Of a stretch of DNA of 64,000 nt, positions 54,969 through 64,000 are shown piece by piece. Each line of letters starts with the position of its first letter. Position 1 is the stretch's first letter. The position numbers and the translations under genes are program-made. The stretch comes from Eledone cirrhosa (taxonomy: Eukaryota). The notes below the pieces were generated by a model that had not been told where the DNA came from, searched no databases, and saw only the letters and a program-made list of their open reading frames with translations. The DNA lies in contig OZ024757.1 in assembly GCA_964016885.1 (NCBI GenBank), forward strand, positions 18,042,001-18,106,000. The letters are read 5' to 3'.

Positions 54969-55651
54969 AATATATATTATATATATATATAATATATATT
55001 ATATATATATATAATATATATTATATATATATATAATATATATTATATATATATATAATATATATTATATATATATATAATATATATTATATATATATAT
55101 AATATATATTATATATATATAATATATATTATATATATATATAATATATATTATATATATATAATATATATTATATATATATATAATATATATTATATAT
55201 ATATATTATATATATATATAATATATATTATATATATATAATATATATTATATATATATATAATATATATTATATATATATAATATATATTATATATATA
55301 TAGTATATTATATATATATAATATATATTATATATATATTATATATATATAATATATATTATATATATATATATTATATATATATAATATATATTATATA
55401 TATATAATATATATTATTTATGTAATATATAATATATATTATATATATATATTATATATAATATATATTATATATTATATATATAGTATATATATATATT
55501 ATATATTATAAATATATAATATATATTATTTATATAATATATAATATATTATTATATATATATATTATATATTTATATTATATATATATAATATATATAT
55601 ATTATATATTATATATTATATATATATATATATAATATATATATTATATAA

Positions 55652-55700
<49 letters not shown>

Positions 55701-55710
55701 TATTATATAT

Positions 55711-55756
<46 letters not shown>

Positions 55757-56004
55757 ATATATATATATATTATATATATATATATTATATATATATATAT
55801 ATATATATTATTTATATATTATATATATATATATTATATATATATATATATTATATATATATATAATATATATATATAATATATATTATTTATATATATA
55901 TATTATATATATATATTATATATTTATATTATATATATTATATATATATATAATATATATTATATATACATATTATATATATTATATATATATATAATAT
56001 ATAT

Positions 56005-56071
<67 letters not shown>

Positions 56072-56148
56072 TATATATATATATAATTATATATATATAT
56101 ATTATATATATATTATATATATATTATATATATTATATATATATATAT

Positions 56149-56181
<33 letters not shown>

Positions 56182-56232
56182 ATATATATTATATATATTT
56201 AATATATATATATATATATTTTATATATATAT

Positions 56233-56266
<34 letters not shown>

Positions 56267-56341
56267 AATATATATATTTATATATATATATATATATTAT
56301 TATATATAATATATATATATTATATATATTATATATATATT

Positions 56342-56374
<33 letters not shown>

Positions 56375-56385
56375 TATATTATATA

Positions 56386-56423
<38 letters not shown>

Positions 56424-56516
56424 TTTATAATATATATTATATATATATTATATATATATATTATAGATTATATATAGATTATATATAATATATATATATA
56501 TATATATTATATAGTA

Positions 56517-56549
<33 letters not shown>

Positions 56550-56552
56550 GAT

Positions 56553-56586
<34 letters not shown>

Positions 56587-56644
56587 ATAATATATATATA
56601 TATTATATATATATATAATATATTATATATATATATTATATATA

Positions 56645-56686
<42 letters not shown>

Positions 56687-58250
56687 TATTACTATATATT
56701 ATATATATAATATATATATATATATAATATAATATATATTATATATATATAATATATATTATATATATTTAATATATATTATATATATAAAATATATATA
56801 TATAATATATATTATATATATAAAATATATATATATAATATATATTATATATATAATATATATATAATATAGATTATATATATATATTATATATATATGA
56901 TATATATATATAATGTATATATATATATAATATATATATATAATGTATATATATATATAATATATATATTACTATATATTATATATATAATATATATATA
57001 TATATAAAATATAATATATATTATATATATATAATATATATATATATAAAATATAATATATATTATATATATATAATATATATTATATATATATTTAATA
57101 TATATTATATATATAAAATATATATATATAATATATATATAATATATATTATATATATATAATATATATTATATATATAATATATATATATAATATATAT
57201 TATATATATATAATATATATTATATATATAATATATATATATATAATATAATATATATATATATAATATATATATAATATATATATATAATATATATATA
57301 TAATATATATATAATATATATATATAATATATATATATATAATATATATTATATATATATATAATATATATTATATATATATATTATATATATTATATAT
57401 ATATATTATATATTATATATATAATATATATATATAATATATATATATAATATATATTATATATATATATTATATATTATATATATAATATATATATATA
57501 ATATATATATATAATATATATATATAATATATATTATATATATATATTATATATTATATATATATATTATATATATTATATATATATATTATATATTATA
57601 TATATAATATATATATATAATATATATATATAATATATATTATATATATATATTATATATTATATATATAATATATATATATAATATATATATATAATAT
57701 ATATATATAATATATATTATATATTATATATATATAATATATATAATATGTATATATATAATATATATATATTATATATATAATATATATTATATATATA
57801 TAATATATATAATATGTATATATATAATATATATATATAATATATATATATAATATATATTATATATATATATTATATATTATATATATATAATATATAT
57901 AATATGTATATATATAATATATATAATATAGATTATATATATATATTATATATATATAATATATATATATAATATATATATATATATATAATATATATAT
58001 TAATATATATTACATATATAATATATATATATTTAATATATATTATATATATAAAATATATATATTAATATATATTACATATATAATATATATATTTAAT
58101 ATATATTATATATATAAAATATATATATATAATATATAGTATATATATAATATATATATATATAATATATAGTATATATATAATATATATTATATATATA
58201 ATATATATATATATATTATATATATATATATATAATATATATATATATAT

Positions 58251-58281
<31 letters not shown>

Positions 58282-58331
58282 ATATATATATATATATTAT
58301 ATATATATATATATAATATATATATATATAT

Positions 58332-58362
<31 letters not shown>

Positions 58363-58605
58363 ATATATATTATATATATATAATATATATTATATATATA
58401 TAATATATATTATATATATATATATTATATATATATAATATATATTATATATATATTATATATATAATATATATTATATATATATAATATATATTATATA
58501 TATAATATATATATATATATAATATATATTATATATATAATATATATTATATATATAATAATATATATATATATATATAACATATATTATATATATAATA
58601 TATAT

Positions 58606-58637
<32 letters not shown>

Positions 58638-59058
58638 ATAAATATATATATATATATATAATAAATATATATATAATATATATATATAATATATAATATA
58701 TATATATATAATATATATATATAATATATAATATATATATATATAATATATATATATAATATATATATAATATATATATAATATATATATATAATATATA
58801 TAATATATATAATATAGATTATATATATATATTATATATATATAATATATATATAATATATATATATAATATATATATTAATATATATTACATATATAAT
58901 ATATATATATAATATATATATTAATATATATTATATATTAATATATATATATATATAAAATATAATATATATTATATATATATAATATATATTATATATA
59001 TAAAATATATATATATAATATATAGTATATATATATAATATATAGTATATATATATAA

Positions 59059-59101
<43 letters not shown>

Positions 59102-59941
59102 ATATATTATATATATATATATATATATAATATATATATATATTATATATATAATATATATTATATATATATAATATATATTATATATATAATATATATT
59201 ATATATATAATATATATATATATATATAATATATATTATATATATAATATATATATATAATATATATTATATATATATATTTTATATATATATATATATA
59301 TTATATATATAATATATATTAATATATATATTATATATATATATTATATATATATATTATATATTATATATATATAATATATATAATATGTATATATATA
59401 ATATATATAATATAGATTATATATATATATTATATATATATAATATATATATAATATATATATAATATATATATATATAATATATATATATAATATATAT
59501 ATTAATATATATTACATATATAATATATATATATTTAATATATATTATATATATAAAATATATATATATAATATATAGTATATATATAATATATATTATA
59601 TATATAATATATATATATATTATATATATATATATAATATATATATTATATATATATATATATATTATATATATAATATATATTATATATATATATATAT
59701 ATTATATATATAATATATATTATATATATATAATATATATTATATATATATAATATATATTATATATATATAATATATATTATATATATATAATATATAT
59801 TATATATATATAATATATATTATATATATATATATTATATATATATAATATATATTATATATATATATTATATATATAATATATATTATATATATATATA
59901 TATTATATATATTATATATATATAATATATATTATATATAT

Positions 59942-59972
<31 letters not shown>

Positions 59973-60080
59973 ATATATATATATATAATACATATATATA
60001 TAATATATATATATAATATATAATATATATATATAATATATAATATATATATATATAATATATATATATAATATATATAT

Positions 60081-60111
<31 letters not shown>

Positions 60112-60459
60112 ATATATATATATAATATATATATAATATATATATAATATATATATATAATATATATAATATATATAATATAGATTATATATATATATTA
60201 TATATATATAATATATATATATAATATATATATATAATATATATATTAATATATATTACATATATAATATATATATATAATATATATATTAATATATATT
60301 ATATATTAATATATATATATATATAAAATATAATATATATTATATATATATAATATATATTATATATATAAAATATATATATATAATATATAGTATATAT
60401 ATATAATATATAGTATATATATATAATATATATTATATATATAATATATATATATATAT

Positions 60460-60511
<52 letters not shown>

Positions 60512-61265
60512 TATATATTATATATATAATATATATTATATATATATATAATATATATTATATATATAATATATATTATATATATATAATATATATTATA
60601 TATATAATATATATTATATATATAATATATATATATATATATAATATATATTATATATATAATATATATATATAATATATATTATATATATATATTTTAT
60701 ATATATATATATATTATATATATAATATATATTAATATATATATTATATATATATATTATATATATATAATATATATTATATATATAATATATATTAATA
60801 TATATATATTATATATATATTATATATACATAATATATATATATAATCTATATTATATATGTATATTATATATATAATATATATATATATTATATATATA
60901 ATATATATATATATTATATATATAATATATATATATATTATATATATAATATATATATATATTATATATATAATATATATTACTATATATTATATATATA
61001 TATTATATATATAATATATATTATATATATATAATATATATTAGATATATATATTATATATATATATAATATATATTATATATATATAATCAATAGTATA
61101 TATATATTATATATTTATAATATATATTATATATATATTTATTATATATATATATTATATATATTATATATATTATACATAAATATATCTAATATATATA
61201 TATAACATATTATATATATATAATATATATATATGTATTATATATATATAATATATATTATATAT
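54878..61265. repeat. About 6.4 kb almost pure A/T degenerate (TA)n tract
   Basis: Directly visible; rare G/C landmarks (tagatt, tagtat, ttacat) recur in blocks. Confidence 0.97.
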
Positions 61266-62301
61266 GATTTTTATTCCTTTCCTACGTTCTTTAAAGCTCT
61301 CTACGTCTCTTTCTACGATACCCCTACATTTCTCTTTCATTACCACCTGATTCTCTTACCTGGATATTTACCCATCTGTATTGTTGAGGCTTTTAAAACA
61401 ACTATTTTTATAATTACACAATGCTTCAAGCAAACTTTAACACTCTCTTAATATATATATACATATATATATAGATATATATATATATATACATACGTAC
61501 ATAGGTACACGAGGCATCATATCTGCAACGACTACAACCAATTTAACAAGTTGTGGTCAATCTTCTTACATATCACAAATTTACCAGCATCACTAAGAGA
61601 TAAAATAATCTCTTAAACATTAATCTAATGGTGTTGCGGTTTTTCGTCTCTTCTTCTTCCGTCCTTTCTCACTCGCCCCTGCTGTTCCCTTCTCCATTCT
61701 TCTACCCACCGCTCTTGCTCGTCACTTCCACTTGCTGACACTTCGGCTGTACCAGAGCTTTGGTTGTCCTTTCTAACTACATGGTGCCGAGGGGCCGCTT
61801 GTTAATTCACTCCTTCTGATCTGTCTATGTAATTTGTTTGTTTTATCCCGTAAACATCATACCAGCAGAAATATTTATTTTTCTGTTTGCACAAGCCGGC
61901 AATGTTATGTGGTCCCCTCAAATTAAATCGTGCAAAACCACAGCCGGTCTCAGAGCTGAATAGGTTAAATGATTGTCGTGTGATCTTGACTCATTCATTT
62001 TCTTTATTTGCTCCTTTCTCATTATGACTTCTGCGGGCCAGCATACTTGTAGCCACTGATTTCTGTCCTTCGAGGGAAACTTTACCCAGCGTTGTCATTG
62101 ACGGTATGTTTCTGTTTTAATAGCTATGCTTCCGTTGAACTATGTAACTCATCCATCGGAGATGATGAATCCTGTGGATGGCCGTTTCGAATGCTATATA
62201 TATAAAGTAGAACACTGGAGGGTTATATCCGTTGTAGTAGAGCACTCAGTCCATTGGATGAGTTTGGCAGAAGTATTTCTACAACAGTTATTTCACCATT
62301 T

Positions 62302-62342
62302 CCGAGAACAATTGTTTCACACTATTCGGATCATCAGCTTGG
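62302..62342 (-). ncRNA. Minimal type I hammerhead motif downstream of a PLE GIY-YIG
   Basis: Minus strand: ccaag CTGATGA tccgaatagtgt GAAA caattg TT ctcgg; palindromic stem III acaattgt; stem II weak. Confidence 0.65.
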
Positions 62343-62554
62343 TTTAAATGGGAGTGTGCGGGAAGAGAAAGGCAATGGTACGAATATTCTTGTGCTGAAA
62401 CAGACTCTTCGCAAAGGAAAGGTAACTCACTTTGGATAGGTGGGGGGAGACAACTGTGGATACTCAAAATAAAAATAGATTATTCATGTTATTCAGTCCA
62501 GAATATTATAGATTTTTCATGTTAGTCTGTCTGGAGCGTTGTAATTACGTAATA

Positions 62555-63024
62555 AGTGTTTCCAAACGTGCGGACAACGTGAAAAAAGTTCATTCCTTGA
62601 TTTAGGCAAGTGCTATTACGCCATCTGCTCAGGATGGCTTAGGGTTAGGCTTAGAAATAACTTTGTGGCTTATAAATAGATGGCTTAGGCTTATAAATAG
62701 ATGGCTTAGGCTTAGAAATAACTTGGTGGCTCGCGAGATTCGTGGACTGTCGTTTACCGGGTATCTGTATTTCGACAGATGATTCAAGAATATTTCTGTC
62801 AACCGGCCTCCGCCATACCTACATACGATTTTACCTCTTGTTGTTGATTTGGTCGGTTAGAAGTGACCATAGCTACGTAAATTACAGCGGGCGTGTTACA
62901 TTGTTGTGGAAGGGGACAAGCTCCAGGTCTTCGGCAAGAGCATCCTGGTGGGGGTTCTGCTTTTAGAGTTGTTGGTGATGTGGGTCTTCTTGTTCTTAGC
63001 ACAGGAGTATCCTAGATTCACCCT
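62555..63024 (-). pseudogene. Degenerate PLE GIY-YIG endonuclease
   Basis: CSCRRPGACPLPQQCNTPAVIYVAMV..KSYVGMA and, after frameshifts, CLN..NELFSRCPHVWKH. Confidence 0.85.
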
Positions 63025-63051
63025 GTGTATATATATCTATATCTATGTGTG

Positions 63052-63097
<46 letters not shown>

Positions 63098-63166
63098 TAG
63101 ACACAGACACACACATATACATACATACTTATACACACATACACATAGACACTTATATGTATACAC

Positions 63167-63208
<42 letters not shown>

Positions 63209-63438
63209 ATAGAGACATATACACATACATATACATACATACTTATACACACACACACACACACACACACATACACACTTATATGTATACACATATATAT
63301 ATATAAATATATATATATTTATATATACACATATACACATACATATATATATTTATATATACACACATATATATATATATATATATTTATATACGTATAT
63401 ATTTTTATATATATTTATACATATATGTATACATATAG

Positions 63439-63498
<60 letters not shown>

Positions 63499-64000
63499 TT
63501 ATATATATATAGTTTATTTCTGTATCTGTACAAATGTATTTATCTACATGTGTGTGTGTTTGTATCTTTGTATGAATGTGATGTGTGTGTGCGTGCGTGT
63601 GTGCGCGCCTCTTGAGAATTTGGTAAAAGTCATTGGTTCCTGAGAGACATATATTCACATATCTCCTATCTCTCATTATTTCTGCTGCTGGTCATGTTGT
63701 TATTGTTGTTGTTGTTGTCTAAGTGGGTGCGCATGTGTGTGTATATATGTATCCACGGTGTTTATACAACCCATCTCCATCTTCTAACAGCTCCTACATC
63801 CTACGTATGGGAACTACGTATGACCAATAAACAATGGATTATATCTACTAATGCCTACTCCACATTAATATGCATGAAATGTTTCTAATCCCTTGTTTTT
63901 AAACAATTCATTAGAAGATTACATCCCTACGTCACAGTTTTTCCCTTCTATATTTTCCCTGACTTTTTATGTTTTCTCCGTGTCCTATTATTTATGTTTG

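Noticed and set aside
62635-62655. TTAGGG/TTAGGC telomere-like words
   Set aside because: Only one true TTAGGG, inside a local duplication of a PLE remnant.

Overview
Eukaryotic, AT-rich, microsatellite-saturated DNA with no convincing host protein-coding gene, most likely intergenic or intronic sequence of an octopod cephalopod (inferred from the tRNA-derived SINE with a Nin/Deu-type core and the extreme (TA)n load). Almost all ORFs in the track are translations of (TA)n, (CA)n or (GA)n repeats. Real coding remnants are all from retroelements: Penelope-like element (PLE) GIY-YIG endonucleases, RTE-clade LINEs and an L1/Tx1-like C-terminus. The main signal is a dense set of 150-500 bp fold-back elements from at least six unrelated sequence families. 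Most share one layout: (TA)n, short inverted arm, loop, long arm, unique 3' tail, (TA)n. Most carry a type I hammerhead ribozyme motif or its 3' half. A 2.3 kb copy (34577-36865) has the same layout wrapped around an intact GIY-YIG ORF, which ties the mini-hairpins to PLEs. One complete hammerhead with three well-paired stems (19178-19258) also stands out. Other notable items are an RTE LINE with a 5' inversion in twin-priming geometry and a Tx1-like LINE found only in (GATA)n tracts. All alignments and folds were done by eye and coordinates may be off by a few bases.
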